Shown: one piece after another, positions 20,448 through 29,862 of the stretch
How positions within the stretch are numbered: position 1 is the stretch's first letter
Layout of the letters: the number at the start of each line of letters is the position of its first letter
IMG/VR virus record: IMGVR_UViG_3300028569_000021
Location: 29,778 to 93,777 of that record
Direction: 5' to 3' (one strand)
Source: a virus
Length of the DNA stretch: 64,000 nt
Notes under the pieces: model-generated
Told to the model about the DNA's origin: nothing
Database searches by the model: none
Seen by the model: only the letters and a program-made list of their open reading frames with translations
Translations under genes and position numbers: made by a program

Positions 20448-21472
20448 TTTATTTGATTATATAAAAACAATGTATGTTTAATTACTTCATCTTTTTCTTC
20501 TATATCTAGCATATTAACAAATTCTACTATAGCTTTTGAGACATCTACTCCAGAAAGATCACATTCATTTTGATCTTCTATAGAAACACTATAATTAACT
20601 AGAGGGTCAATTATTAACGACAACGGACTATATCCATTACAAACGTTAATATACTCATCTATCTTTTTTTGATCTATATTTTTATCTATTACAATTTTAA
20701 TAAAGTTATTTTTATAATGCTCTTTAAGATCTTCATTGTTTTGTAGTTCAGAAACTAAAAATTTTTTATGTACAGGTGAAATATTATTTTCATAAAAGTT
20801 ATATGTAATATTATCATCAAAATCTAATACGTAATACCCTTTTTTACATTCTCTTTCACCAAAATCTAACTGAAAAGGGCTGCCTACATATATAATTTTA
20901 CCTTCATCATACTCTCTTTCTTCGTTAAGATGAAAATGACCAGAAAAAATAAGAGGTGCTTTTTGCAAAAGATCTCTTGGGTTTGTACCTTTCTCACATA
21001 GCTTATGTGCATTCATCCTAAAAGTCTCTATCTCAAAGTGACCAAATATGGCACTACCTTCAGGTATATTATTTTCATTAAACCCCCAGGGACAAAACGT
21101 TACACTATGTTTACCAATAGTCTTACTAGTAACGCTGTCAAATATAGTTATATTACTATATCCTTTCAATATTGAAAGAGAATGTACATTAGCTTTATCC
21201 TTATAATAGCAGTCATGATTACCTGGTATCATTAATACTTCAAAATCTTTAAATTTATCTAGGAATTCGGCTGCAGCATGGATCGTATTAACGGATATTT
21301 CTGATCTAGAATGAAAAAAATCACCAGTAAATATAATATTTTTAATTTTCTTTGATTTTAATTCAGCAATAAACCAATCTGCCCAATCAAGGGCAATTTT
21401 ATGCCATACTAAACTATTTTGATGAACTCCTAAATGAAGGTCTGTAAATAAAGCGTATTTTGTTTGTGACAT
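20444..21472 (-). CDS. gp47: recombination endonuclease subunit, gp47/Mre11-like
   Basis: TDLHLG, GDFFH, GNHD, GHFE, SGHFH. Confidence 0.93.
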   Translation of the reverse strand: MSQTKYALFTDLHLGVHQNSLVWHKIALDWADWFIAELKSKKIKNIIFTGDFFHSRSEISVNTIHAAAEFLDKFKDFEVLMIPGNHDCYYKDKANVHSLSILKGYSNITIFDSVTSKTIGKHSVTFCPWGFNENNIPEGSAIFGHFEIETFRMNAHKLCEKGTNPRDLLQKAPLIFSGHFHLNEEREYDEGKIIYVGSPFQLDFGERECKKGYYVLDFDDNITYNFYENNISPVHKKFLVSELQNNEDLKEHYKNNFIKIVIDKNIDQKKIDEYINVCNGYSPLSLIIDPLVNYSVSIEDQNECDLSGVDVSKAIVEFVNMLDIEEKDEVIKHTLFLYNQIK

Positions 21473-21476
21473 TTAA

Positions 21477-22085
21477 TTAAGTATCGCTAAAAACATCGTT
21501 ATCGTAACCTGTAGGTTTAGTATAAATTTTATGTGAATTCATCTCTTCATCACTATTAATGAGATTATTGTATTGTCTTTCTTTATAGTCTTCTAGCACT
21601 TGATAATGTTTCTTTTCTTTTTTAATTCTACTAATAAAAGCGTGAAATGCAATAGTCGTAAAATAACTAAAAGGAGAAAAACCATGATTAAGTTTAAATT
21701 TTTTATGCTTAAGAGCCTGATACATCTTTACTATAGCATCTCCTATCATATCTTCTTTAAAGGAGTAATTGATAAAGTTAGGTGCGTATGATAAACCTAC
21801 AGCAATTTTTCTTAGACTATCACCTAGATAATTTGTAATTTTATCTGTCTGATAATAGACGGTGATTGCATCTTCAAACTCTCTACCATTAACATAATGT
21901 TCTTTTTCTTCTGCAGACTTTTTTTTCTTACGTTTCTTAGGTGGATCTTCCGCTACAATAACAGGTAATATAATAGTTTCAGGTATTGAGCTTTTCATAA
22001 GCTGATCAACGCTTACTATAGAAACGTTTTCTTGAATGCTACTCTCTAATTTCGGTTTTTTGATAAGGGATTTTTTCTTGTTCAT
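21477..22085 (-). CDS. gp55: late-transcription sigma factor, T4 gp55-like
   Basis: HYVN, PNFINYSFKEDMIGDA, PFSYFTTIAFHAFISRIKKEKK; start uncertain. Confidence 0.88.
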   Translation of the reverse strand: MNKKKSLIKKPKLESSIQENVSIVSVDQLMKSSIPETIILPVIVAEDPPKKRKKKKSAEEKEHYVNGREFEDAITVYYQTDKITNYLGDSLRKIAVGLSYAPNFINYSFKEDMIGDAIVKMYQALKHKKFKLNHGFSPFSYFTTIAFHAFISRIKKEKKHYQVLEDYKERQYNNLINSDEEMNSHKIYTKPTGYDNDVFSDT

Positions 22086-23487
22086 AAAATTGTATGCGTT
22101 TATTACCATGGTCTATACCATATTGAAGTTGATCTTGTAAATCTATAATTTGAAGTATTTTTTTATCTTTATGTAATCTAAGACCTCTTCCAATACTTTG
22201 TAAGGTTTTAATTTTAGCTTTACCACCCCCTGCAAATATTATATAATGTAAGTTCTTAATATCAATACCTGTAGAAAATATTTTAGAGATAGCAACACAA
22301 ACAACATTATTTTTGTATTCCATCTTTTTTCTTATTTCTTCTCTTGCATCGGTTTCAACACTACCTTGAATAAAATATATTTCTTTATTTTTAAGGTTGG
22401 CAGATAGTACTTCAAACAATTTTTCACCGTGTTTAATAAAATCTACCATTATAAGTATATTATTATTTGCGTTAGAAGAAATTTTGTTTATAATTTTATT
22501 TCTATAGCTATTAGAAAAAAGAAACTCTAATTCTGATCTGTATTTATCGTTAGTAAAGATACGCATATCAGGTTTAGTTTTATAAAATATTTCTAGAATA
22601 GAAATTTGTACACTAGAAACAAAATTGTCTTTCCTTAATTCATAGCTCTTTCTCTCGTACAATTGAGGTCCCATTTTACCTATAATATTCCAGGTATCTA
22701 TTTTAGATTCAGGCATAGTACCTGTAAATCCAAAGCGGTGAGGTGTTATAATAGTATCTATAATTTTATTAATACTATTACCTGTTCTTAAAATGTGTAC
22801 TTCGTCAACAATTAACATATCTACTGTTTCTAGAATAGAGGTATCAGTATTTTTGCTTTGTAATATGCCTATATTACATACTATAACATCAGTAGCTAAA
22901 TTGAGAGGATTGTTACCTGTCCATTTAGAGTATGTAAAATTAACACCGTACTCTTGAAATTTATCAATAGTTTGTTCTACTAAAGAAAGGGAGGGTACTA
23001 CTAGTGCACATTTAAAATCTTGCTTATCAGCATACACTGTATTTCTTATATGATTAATAAGAGAGGAAGTAATAAGTGTTTTTCCTCCAGCAGTTGCCAG
23101 TACTATAGTACCTCTACCTGCTGTAAGACATTTTTTAACAACATCTTCTTGATAATCATAAAGTTTTAAATTTAAATCTAAAATATTTTCAGTATAATTT
23201 GTATGACTTTTCCATTTTCTAGAAGGAATAAGATAATCTATTAAGTGTTCAGAAATAATTAGCTTCTCTTTAGGATCGTTTTCTTTAATATAATTAACAA
23301 TTTCGTAGGCCAGGCCAGGTAAGAATCGACCGGTAGGTGTAATGGCATATTTACGCATAGGTATAAACTTATACCTATTTCTTGCAAATTTGGCACCATC
23401 ATTTTTTTCAGAAAAATGTTCTCTTATTTTAGTAAATAAGTCTCCTTTTAAAATACCTTTAAACTTTTGGAAATCTAACTCTGTCAT
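22039..23487 (-). CDS. uvsW: SF2 DNA helicase, UvsW-like
   Basis: LYDYQ, ATAGGKT, VDEVH, GFTGT, STGIDI, QSIGRGLR. Confidence 0.92.
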   Translation of the reverse strand: MTELDFQKFKGILKGDLFTKIREHFSEKNDGAKFARNRYKFIPMRKYAITPTGRFLPGLAYEIVNYIKENDPKEKLIISEHLIDYLIPSRKWKSHTNYTENILDLNLKLYDYQEDVVKKCLTAGRGTIVLATAGGKTLITSSLINHIRNTVYADKQDFKCALVVPSLSLVEQTIDKFQEYGVNFTYSKWTGNNPLNLATDVIVCNIGILQSKNTDTSILETVDMLIVDEVHILRTGNSINKIIDTIITPHRFGFTGTMPESKIDTWNIIGKMGPQLYERKSYELRKDNFVSSVQISILEIFYKTKPDMRIFTNDKYRSELEFLFSNSYRNKIINKISSNANNNILIMVDFIKHGEKLFEVLSANLKNKEIYFIQGSVETDAREEIRKKMEYKNNVVCVAISKIFSTGIDIKNLHYIIFAGGGKAKIKTLQSIGRGLRLHKDKKILQIIDLQDQLQYGIDHGNKRIQFYEQEKIPYQKTEIRE

Positions 23488-23879
23488 AATGTTTCAAGTT
23501 GAACTATTTTAATTATATTAGACATGTCATAACTCATAGAAGAAATAATCTTTTCAGTTCTTTCTAAGAAATCAATTATCATTTTTTCTTCATCAATATC
23601 CTTTACTACAGATATAACCTCTGTAGTCTCTTCTGCTTTTTCTTTTATAAAATTATCAGAAAGCTTTACAGGTAAGGATTCTTTAACTCTAGGTAAAGCA
23701 TCTCTTATAATATTTTTCTTTCGTTTCTCTAATATATTTAAATTATTTTTATGATTAATAATTCGAGCTACCCACTTAGCCTTAATAGCAGGTAGTGATA
23801 GAGCCTTCTCCTTAAGATTTATTTCATTAACAATTGTATCTTTTTTAAGCTCTTCAATATAAAGTGTAATGTTAACCAC
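23484..23879 (-). CDS. uvsY: recombination mediator, UvsY-like
   Basis: 131-aa helical protein directly upstream of uvsW; ELKKD..VNEINL...P..KAKW pattern. Confidence 0.6.
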   Translation of the reverse strand: MVNITLYIEELKKDTIVNEINLKEKALSLPAIKAKWVARIINHKNNLNILEKRKKNIIRDALPRVKESLPVKLSDNFIKEKAEETTEVISVVKDIDEEKMIIDFLERTEKIISSMSYDMSNIIKIVQLETL

Positions 23880-23914
23880 CTTGTTATAGTACTATAATTG
23901 ATTAAATAATCAAG

Positions 23915-24118
23915 GTGAAAAATTTTAAAAAATTCCTAGAGCAAAATATGGCTGGTTCTGGGGGAGTTTTTGGCGATTACTCGACCTCTAGTGAAGGGGG
24001 AGCTAGTGTTGGTAATAGTGATACTTATGCTAAAGAACATGGTGCTATTATACCAAAAGTACTGGGACTGTACACAAGAAATGGTAGATTAAAAACTAAA
24101 AAAAGGAAAAAGAAATAA
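23915..24118 (+). CDS. small late protein with capsid-targeting-like leader
   Basis: MKNFKKFLE leader; TAAATA-N6-GTG. Confidence 0.65.
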   Translation: MKNFKKFLEQNMAGSGGVFGDYSTSSEGGASVGNSDTYAKEHGAIIPKVLGLYTRNGRLKTKKRKKK

Positions 24119-24549
24119 TGGATCTAGGTCACTGGTTAGCAAAAGAAGGAACTGTTTGTAGTGAGGATATGTTTGGGTTTGTTTATGAAATAATAAACAC
24201 CACTAATAATAAAACTTATATAGGTAAAAAACAATGTTGTAGAAAAGTGAGAAAAAAACCTTTAAAAGGTAAAAAAAAAAACCGTATTGAGTTAAAAGAA
24301 TCTGATTGGAAAGGGTATACTGGCTCTTCTTTTGATCTTAATGAAGATATAATGAAGTTAGGTAAGGATAAATTCACGTTTACTATTATTAAAATATGTG
24401 GTTCTAAGTGGGAGTTAGGGTATGAAGAAATAAAAGAGCAAATTAAAAGAGATGTTTTGTTACAAGAGAATTTTTATAACGGAATAATAAATGTAAGAAT
24501 AGGTAGACCACCAAAAAGCTTGTTAAATAAAAAAAGTATATTAAACTAA
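24118..24549 (+). CDS. GIY-YIG endonuclease
   Basis: GFVY...YIGKK, ESDWKGYTGS, FYNGII. Confidence 0.85.
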   Translation: MDLGHWLAKEGTVCSEDMFGFVYEIINTTNNKTYIGKKQCCRKVRKKPLKGKKKNRIELKESDWKGYTGSSFDLNEDIMKLGKDKFTFTIIKICGSKWELGYEEIKEQIKRDVLLQENFYNGIINVRIGRPPKSLLNKKSILN

Positions 24550-24553
24550 GGTA

Positions 24554-25048
24554 GTGGAAGACTACATTTTTAGTAGATATAATATTGTTTATATAGACTG
24601 TACCGGTTTTTATAATAATACCCTTAATAAGATAAATGATTTGCATATCTATAAGCCTAGTAGCAGAGATATTAAAAAGCTTATATTTCACTTTATTATT
24701 AGGGACTTACTATACACTAGTAAAATAAAAAAAACTAAAGAAAAGCCGGTTTTTTTCTTTCGTAGTAATGATTTTTTAAAGACTGATACAACTTTTATTG
24801 TTCAGTTTATTAATGTTGTTAAGATGTTAAAGAAATTGCTACCTGTACCTGTTTTAATTTTTAAAGATGAAGAAATTTTTAAGAAAAATAATGGAAACTT
24901 AAAAGGTTTAAGTGAAAAAATTTTTAATTTTTACTCTACAAGAGATCATAGTACTAAAAAATTAAGAAAATATTTAGAAGTTGAAGAATATTATGAATTA
25001 ATTAAGGTTTTAGGTGAGGTAAGGAGTTTAAAAACCTTGGTAAACTAA
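24554..25048 (+). CDS. hypothetical protein
   Basis: ORF track; promoter-like TTGTTA-N16-TAAACT-N6-GTG. Confidence 0.6.
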   Translation: MEDYIFSRYNIVYIDCTGFYNNTLNKINDLHIYKPSSRDIKKLIFHFIIRDLLYTSKIKKTKEKPVFFFRSNDFLKTDTTFIVQFINVVKMLKKLLPVPVLIFKDEEIFKKNNGNLKGLSEKIFNFYSTRDHSTKKLRKYLEVEEYYELIKVLGEVRSLKTLVN

Positions 25049-25056
25049 ATAATATT

Positions 25057-25527
25057 ATGCAAAGTAATTTTATTAAAATTTTAAATAATTCCTACAAAGG
25101 AATCCTGACAGAGCAAGGTCCTGAGATGCCTGTTGATCCGGCAGCAAATATGGCAGCTGCACCTACTCCTGCACCTAATTCTATAACCCCACCACCAGGA
25201 GCTCCTGCACCTGAAACAGAACATCCTGTAGAAGAGACAGAGTCTAGAAGTAGCAGTGATGCTTTTTTAATAGGTATGGTTGCAAAGGCATTATTAGTTA
25301 ACCTAGATGATGACGATAAGCTTAAAGTAGTTAAATTTCTTAAGAGCCTAAACAAAGATAATGCTAGTAAAATAGAAGAAAACTTAGTTAATATCATTAA
25401 CGGCTATGATTATCAAAACTTAGATATCGATTTAGATTCGAATTTTAAAATACCACCTAAAAATTCTAGAAAAGTTATAAAATTTTTAAATAAAATTATG
25501 GATGATTATGTTAATACCGAATATTAA
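25057..25527 (+). CDS. hypothetical late protein with Pro/Ala-rich linker
   Basis: TAAATA-N5-ATG; leader ending ILTEQ. Confidence 0.65.
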   Translation: MQSNFIKILNNSYKGILTEQGPEMPVDPAANMAAAPTPAPNSITPPPGAPAPETEHPVEETESRSSSDAFLIGMVAKALLVNLDDDDKLKVVKFLKSLNKDNASKIEENLVNIINGYDYQNLDIDLDSNFKIPPKNSRKVIKFLNKIMDDYVNTEY

Positions 25528-26030
25528 AGTCTGTTAGCCTTTAGACATTCAATATTAAAAATAACGTTTTTGAGTACAGCCTCATTAACTCCCATACCTT
25601 CCCCGTCAAGCATACCTTTAATGTTTGAAGCTAATCTTAATCCATCATTCATATCCTCTACATCACTTGAATTCATACATTCTTTTTCAAATTTATCGTA
25701 TTCAAGTGCTTTTTTAACAGATATAATGTAATCTGAAGCTTTTACTATTTTACTTAGCATCCATGGATCCATGTCTTCAGTATGGTTTAACATATCTAAA
25801 AGATCTGTACCATCTTTAAGAATACTAAAAAGCTCACTTTTAGCCATATCAGAGTTTCTCTTTTCTGGTTCTGGGTTTTCATGAGCAGAGTGTATTACCG
25901 GTTGAATTTGTGGTACCGGACCTGGTTCATTGTCAAATAACGAACTCGACAAATCCATATAGTGCATGTCCTCGTTAATTACTTTTTCATATACGCTACG
26001 GATTCTATCAAGTTCATATTTCTTACTCAT
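25524..26030 (-). CDS. hypothetical late protein
   Basis: TATAAATA-N5-ATG; leader ending VINE; MAKSEL...DPWMLSKI..A.DY segment. Confidence 0.65.
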   Translation of the reverse strand: MSKKYELDRIRSVYEKVINEDMHYMDLSSSLFDNEPGPVPQIQPVIHSAHENPEPEKRNSDMAKSELFSILKDGTDLLDMLNHTEDMDPWMLSKIVKASDYIISVKKALEYDKFEKECMNSSDVEDMNDGLRLASNIKGMLDGEGMGVNEAVLKNVIFNIECLKANRL

Positions 26031-26056
26031 AATATTATTTATATTATGAGATTAAT

Positions 26057-26704
26057 TTAAGTATTTTTCTTACTAAATTCTACAAATTTATAGAATTCCG
26101 CTCTAGAATTATCATTATTATCAAGAAATGCACCTGACATACGCGCAGTTCTCATAGTAGAGTCATGCTTAATGCCCCTGTTAGAACAACAGGAATGATT
26201 TGCTTCAATCAGTACTGCAACTCCATTATTCCTTTCACATACTTTATTGACATACTCATGGATTTGTGCTGTAAGGTTTTCTTGTACTTGCGGACGACGA
26301 GCAAACCAATCTACAATGCGATTTAGCTTAGACAATCCAATAACTTTACCCTTAGCGGAAGGTATGTATGCAACATGTGCAACGCCTGTAAAGGAAGCAT
26401 GATGATGTGAGCATAAAGAAACTACTTTAATGTTATTCTGACAAACTATACCATCATATTTGTCGACATTATCAAATGCTGTAACTTTTGGTGGCTCAGT
26501 ATAACATCCCATGGCTAGATCAGTTACGAAGGCCTTTGCCACTCTCAAAGGGGTATTACTGCTATTAGGATCGTTTCTCCAGTCAAAACCAAGTGCATCA
26601 AGATATGCTTCATAAGCAATTGCGGCCCTTTCAATAAGATCAGTCGTCTCTTCTGGTGTATGGGGGTTGTTGTGATTGGCGTATGAAAGTTTCTTTTTAA
26701 TCAT
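26057..26704 (-). CDS. folE: GTP cyclohydrolase I
   Basis: [35 protein letters not shown]. Confidence 0.95.
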   Translation of the reverse strand: MIKKKLSYANHNNPHTPEETTDLIERAAIAYEAYLDALGFDWRNDPNSSNTPLRVAKAFVTDLAMGCYTEPPKVTAFDNVDKYDGIVCQNNIKVVSLCSHHHASFTGVAHVAYIPSAKGKVIGLSKLNRIVDWFARRPQVQENLTAQIHEYVNKVCERNNGVAVLIEANHSCCSNRGIKHDSTMRTARMSGAFLDNNDNSRAEFYKFVEFSKKNT

Positions 26705-26749
26705 AAGACTATTTTAATCTATATATTAACTTTTTCAATAAATAATATT

Positions 26750-27220
26750 ATGAAATTTTTTAATATTTTCAAATCCGTGTTTGAGGATAAAAGTTTAAAG
26801 AAAGTGCGAATTAAGGTTGACCCCGTCTGGGCAGAAAAGCTTGGTGCTTTATATAGTCCAAATTATGAAGGTTACATTTTACAGGAATGTCATGATAGCG
26901 GAGGATCACAATTTAAAATTTTTATAGTAAACGTACCTCCCGGTTATAATCCTATACAAACAGTTAGTAGTAATAATATAGAGGAAATACCCCAGGACAA
27001 ATTAGAAGAAGTACCGCAAGTAAACTACTCTAGATTGACTCTACTTAAAAAGGCAATATTAGATAAAGTAATAGAAAAAGGAAAAACAAAGGATGACCCT
27101 GATGTGCTGCAATTATTAAACTCAAAAGACATAGGTTTTATTGAAACGTTTTTAAGACAGATGGGATTAACAGAAGAGGATATTTTAAACTTATATAGAA
27201 AATGCTTTAAGAAGCTATAA
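26750..27220 (+). CDS. hypothetical late protein
   Basis: TAAATA-N5-ATG; leader MKFFNIFKSVFE. Confidence 0.65.
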   Translation: MKFFNIFKSVFEDKSLKKVRIKVDPVWAEKLGALYSPNYEGYILQECHDSGGSQFKIFIVNVPPGYNPIQTVSSNNIEEIPQDKLEEVPQVNYSRLTLLKKAILDKVIEKGKTKDDPDVLQLLNSKDIGFIETFLRQMGLTEEDILNLYRKCFKKL

Positions 27221-27231
27221 ATAAATTTATT

Positions 27232-27555
27232 ATGCCATTTAAAAAGCAATCATCCAAAAAAACAGTTTCAAAAAATAAAGAAACAGAAATGAAAAAATAT
27301 AATAAAACAGGTAAAGCTGGCAAATCAAAGCCAGGCAGTGGTAAAGATAAGGTTGTTAAAGGCAAAAAGCTTACTGAGGCTGCTAAAGCTAAGAAAGACT
27401 ACGATAAAGACGGTAGAGTAAAAACACCAGAACAAAAGTTCAAAGGTTCTAGAGACAAGGCTATCAAGAAAGCCAAAGGTAAGAAGACTTCTACTTTAAA
27501 AGAAAATTTTAATAATTATATTAAAGATTTGCTTAAGAAAGCTTTTTTTAATTAA
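27232..27555 (+). CDS. lysine-rich basic protein, possibly DNA-associated head protein
   Basis: Very K-rich; KKDYDKDG motif; internal LTE/LKE sites; TATAAATA upstream. Confidence 0.6.
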   Translation: MPFKKQSSKKTVSKNKETEMKKYNKTGKAGKSKPGSGKDKVVKGKKLTEAAKAKKDYDKDGRVKTPEQKFKGSRDKAIKKAKGKKTSTLKENFNNYIKDLLKKAFFN

Positions 27556-28649
27556 AAAGAACCACCAGGTCTTATATCACCTATCTTACCGGAAGCAAAA
27601 CCAGGTCTTCTCTGTAAGGTATGTTTATTTTTACTTGCTGCACCTAACTTCTTCAAAGTATCTATAAGGGATTGACCCTCTGCAGCATTTCTTTCTATCT
27701 CAGCGTCTAAAGGTTCTTTTATTGAATTAGCCATTCTCGCACCACCTACTACTGCTGGTAATAATTCCTTACCAAATCTAGACGGTTTTATTATTTTTGC
27801 TGCAGCCTTTGCTTTTTTTGCTGCTTTTATTTTTGCTGCTTTTATTTTTGCTGCATCATCTGGAACTATAGTTTGTTTTGCTGTTTTTAATTTTGCAGCA
27901 TCATCAACTGCTAAAGCCGCTTTTTCTGCTTGTTTAGATATAGGAACTTCCGCTTGTTTAATTAATTTTTCAAGTTTTACAATTTCCCTTTCTGGTAACA
28001 ATTTATGTCTTCTTAAGAAATTAATGTAAACTTCTGATGCTTTTTTACCGCTTGAGGTACTTATTTTATCTAAAGACTTAACACTATTAATAGAAATATT
28101 TTCTACTGCTTTTGGATTTGATCTAAACCAATCTGTTACATTTTCTACCATGTTACCTAGTGATTTTCCCCCTGGAACTAATTTAGCCATAAACTTTATT
28201 GGCATCATCAGTAATTTTAATGTACCCCATATAAGTGTCGCAGGTTTACCTCCTACGGGTATTATAGATAAAGCAGCTAGTACTAGAAATATTGTGTTCC
28301 AAGGTCCCTGGTTTTTATCATATTCATTTATTGCCTCAACAAATGCAGGCCAAGATAGAATTCCTGTAGGTTCAAATACAGCAATTGTATTATAAACCCA
28401 TGCAGGTAAATCAGTCCAGCTATCAAAATTAGAAAGTTCATTCCATGTTAAGTCATTTTCTGGTGGTACTTCAACATTTAAATTAAGATTTTTGAATAAA
28501 GTAGAAAACTTTGTATTAAAAATTTTACTAGAAATATCACCTTTAAATAAATTGTGAATTTGTTGAGGTATAAAGCTTTCTGCTTCTGTAATCTGATCTT
28601 CAGATCTATACATATTAATAAGACTCTCTATCTTTCTATCAAATATCAT
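27552..28649 (-). CDS. late protein with hydrophobic EPTG hairpin domain and AAK-rich repeats
   Basis: TAAATA-N5-ATG; segment shared with 41926..42849. Confidence 0.65.
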   Translation of the reverse strand: MIFDRKIESLINMYRSEDQITEAESFIPQQIHNLFKGDISSKIFNTKFSTLFKNLNLNVEVPPENDLTWNELSNFDSWTDLPAWVYNTIAVFEPTGILSWPAFVEAINEYDKNQGPWNTIFLVLAALSIIPVGGKPATLIWGTLKLLMMPIKFMAKLVPGGKSLGNMVENVTDWFRSNPKAVENISINSVKSLDKISTSSGKKASEVYINFLRRHKLLPEREIVKLEKLIKQAEVPISKQAEKAALAVDDAAKLKTAKQTIVPDDAAKIKAAKIKAAKKAKAAAKIIKPSRFGKELLPAVVGGARMANSIKEPLDAEIERNAAEGQSLIDTLKKLGAASKNKHTLQRRPGFASGKIGDIRPGGSF

Positions 28650-28712
28650 ATTTTTATTTAGTCTATAAAAAAATAAAGTTGATATATTATTATTTTACCT
28701 TATAATAGGTGT

Positions 28713-28931
28713 ATGAAAGGAAACAACAACCAAAACATGATTGATTACAACAACAAAAACCTCCGCTCAAAAACCTTCTTCGCGAAGATTGAGCGTGATC
28801 GTAACGGTGAATTTACCGTTAAGCGTGTTAATGTTCTTGAGCGTACTAATCAGTACTCCAAGGATATCCGCCGCGTAGATGCTCGCGATTTTACGCGCGC
28901 TATCCGTAAGAACGGACTTCAAGTTGCCTAA
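28713..28931 (+). CDS. small Arg-rich basic protein, probably highly expressed
   Basis: Own TTGATA-N16-TATAAT promoter and terminator; CGT/CGC/AAC/TTC codon bias unlike neighbours. Confidence 0.7.
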   Translation: MKGNNNQNMIDYNNKNLRSKTFFAKIERDRNGEFTVKRVNVLERTNQYSKDIRRVDARDFTRAIRKNGLQVA

Positions 28932-28956
28932 AATTTAGGTAGTAAGAGTGATAGGT

Positions 28957-28992
28957 AAAAGAGAGAGGGAGAAATTTCTCTCTCTTTTTTTT
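28957..28992. terminator. probable bidirectional intrinsic terminator
   Basis: AAAAGAGAGAG...CTCTCTCTTTTTTT hairpin between convergent genes. Confidence 0.7.
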
Positions 28993-28998
28993 ATAATG

Positions 28999-29196
28999 TT
29001 ATAAAACTACTCTGAGAGCCCATTGATCGTAAATATTAACTGCAGTCAATGCTTCTGCACCAGCATCCCATTCAGGCCTATCAATTGTAATAACGGATGT
29101 AGCAGGGTAAGAGGTACTATCAGCTTGTGTTAAATTTACATAGGATTGGGCTATTCTTGTTTGAAAAGTATCGATTTTATTAAAAACAATGGGCAT
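28999..29196 (-). CDS. small hypothetical late protein
   Basis: TAAATA-N5-ATG. Confidence 0.6.
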   Translation of the reverse strand: MPIVFNKIDTFQTRIAQSYVNLTQADSTSYPATSVITIDRPEWDAGAEALTAVNIYDQWALRVVL

Positions 29197-29217
29197 AAAG
29201 ATATTTATTAAAAAGCC

Positions 29218-29256
29218 TTGCCTTAATTTAGGTATCAGTTATAATTTTTATAAATA
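29218..29256 (+). promoter_or_regulatory. tandem sigma70-like and late promoters for tmRNA/tRNA
   Basis: TTGCCT-N16-TATAAT (29218-29245) followed by TATAAATA (29249-29256). Confidence 0.6.
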
Positions 29257-29277
29257 AAAAAAGATCTTTGATAATTT

Positions 29278-29718
29278 GGGGGTGTACTGGTTTTCGATTT
29301 ATAATTGAAACCTAAGAGTGCATGCAGAGGTTAATCGATGGCCTCTATAAAAATCGATTAAAAACCTAAATGCAGAGGATAATACTTCTGATCTTTTAGC
29401 TGAAGCTGAATACATCATCAATCACGCTGACGAGTTTCTCGTTGGTTGTGAAGATGAGTACGAACTCGCAGCCTAAAAGCCTAATAGAGGATCCTCTAAA
29501 TCTATTTTGAAACGCAGAGGTTTTGATGAACTGTTAGAGATCATAGAAAAACTAATACAGAGGGAACATACGACCTGATCACGTATGTAGGCAGACTTTA
29601 AAAGATGGTCGATGAGCCAAGACAGCCTTTAGTCAAAAAATGTCAAATTCATCTAAGCATGTAGTACCTTTTAGAAGATATTGTAAAGACAGGGGTTCGA
29701 ATCCCCTCACCTCCACCA
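29278..29718 (+). ncRNA. ssrA: tmRNA (one-piece, about 441 nt); tag frame 29372-29476
   Basis: 5' GGGGGTG pairs with 3' CACCTCC-ACCA including the G3:U70 Ala determinant; T arm GGGGTTCGAATCCCC; TAAAT-GCA resume context; tag ends YELAA-stop. Confidence 0.93.
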
Positions 29719-29722
29719 ATTT

Positions 29723-29812
29723 GGAACGATGGCTGAGCGGCCGAAGGCAGAGCTTTGCTAAAGCTCCGAGGACTAAAAACCTCCGAAGGTTCAAATCCTT
29801 CTCGTTCCGCCA
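29723..29812 (+). tRNA. tRNA-Ser(GCT)
   Basis: Acceptor GGAACGA/TCGTTCC-G-CCA; anticodon arm GAGCT-TTGCTAA-AGCTC; long variable arm; GTTCAAATC T loop. Confidence 0.93.
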
Positions 29813-29862
29813 TTTTTTTTATTTTTTATAGTATTATTTTATAAGAATGATTAAATATATTC

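Noticed and set aside
24118-24549. GIY-YIG gene as intron-borne or mobile homing endonuclease
   Set aside because: Only the catalytic domain (143 aa), no interrupted host gene or intron features; more like a resident phage nuclease.
29640-29831. 63-aa ORF
   Set aside because: Overlaps the tmRNA 3' end and tRNA-Ser.
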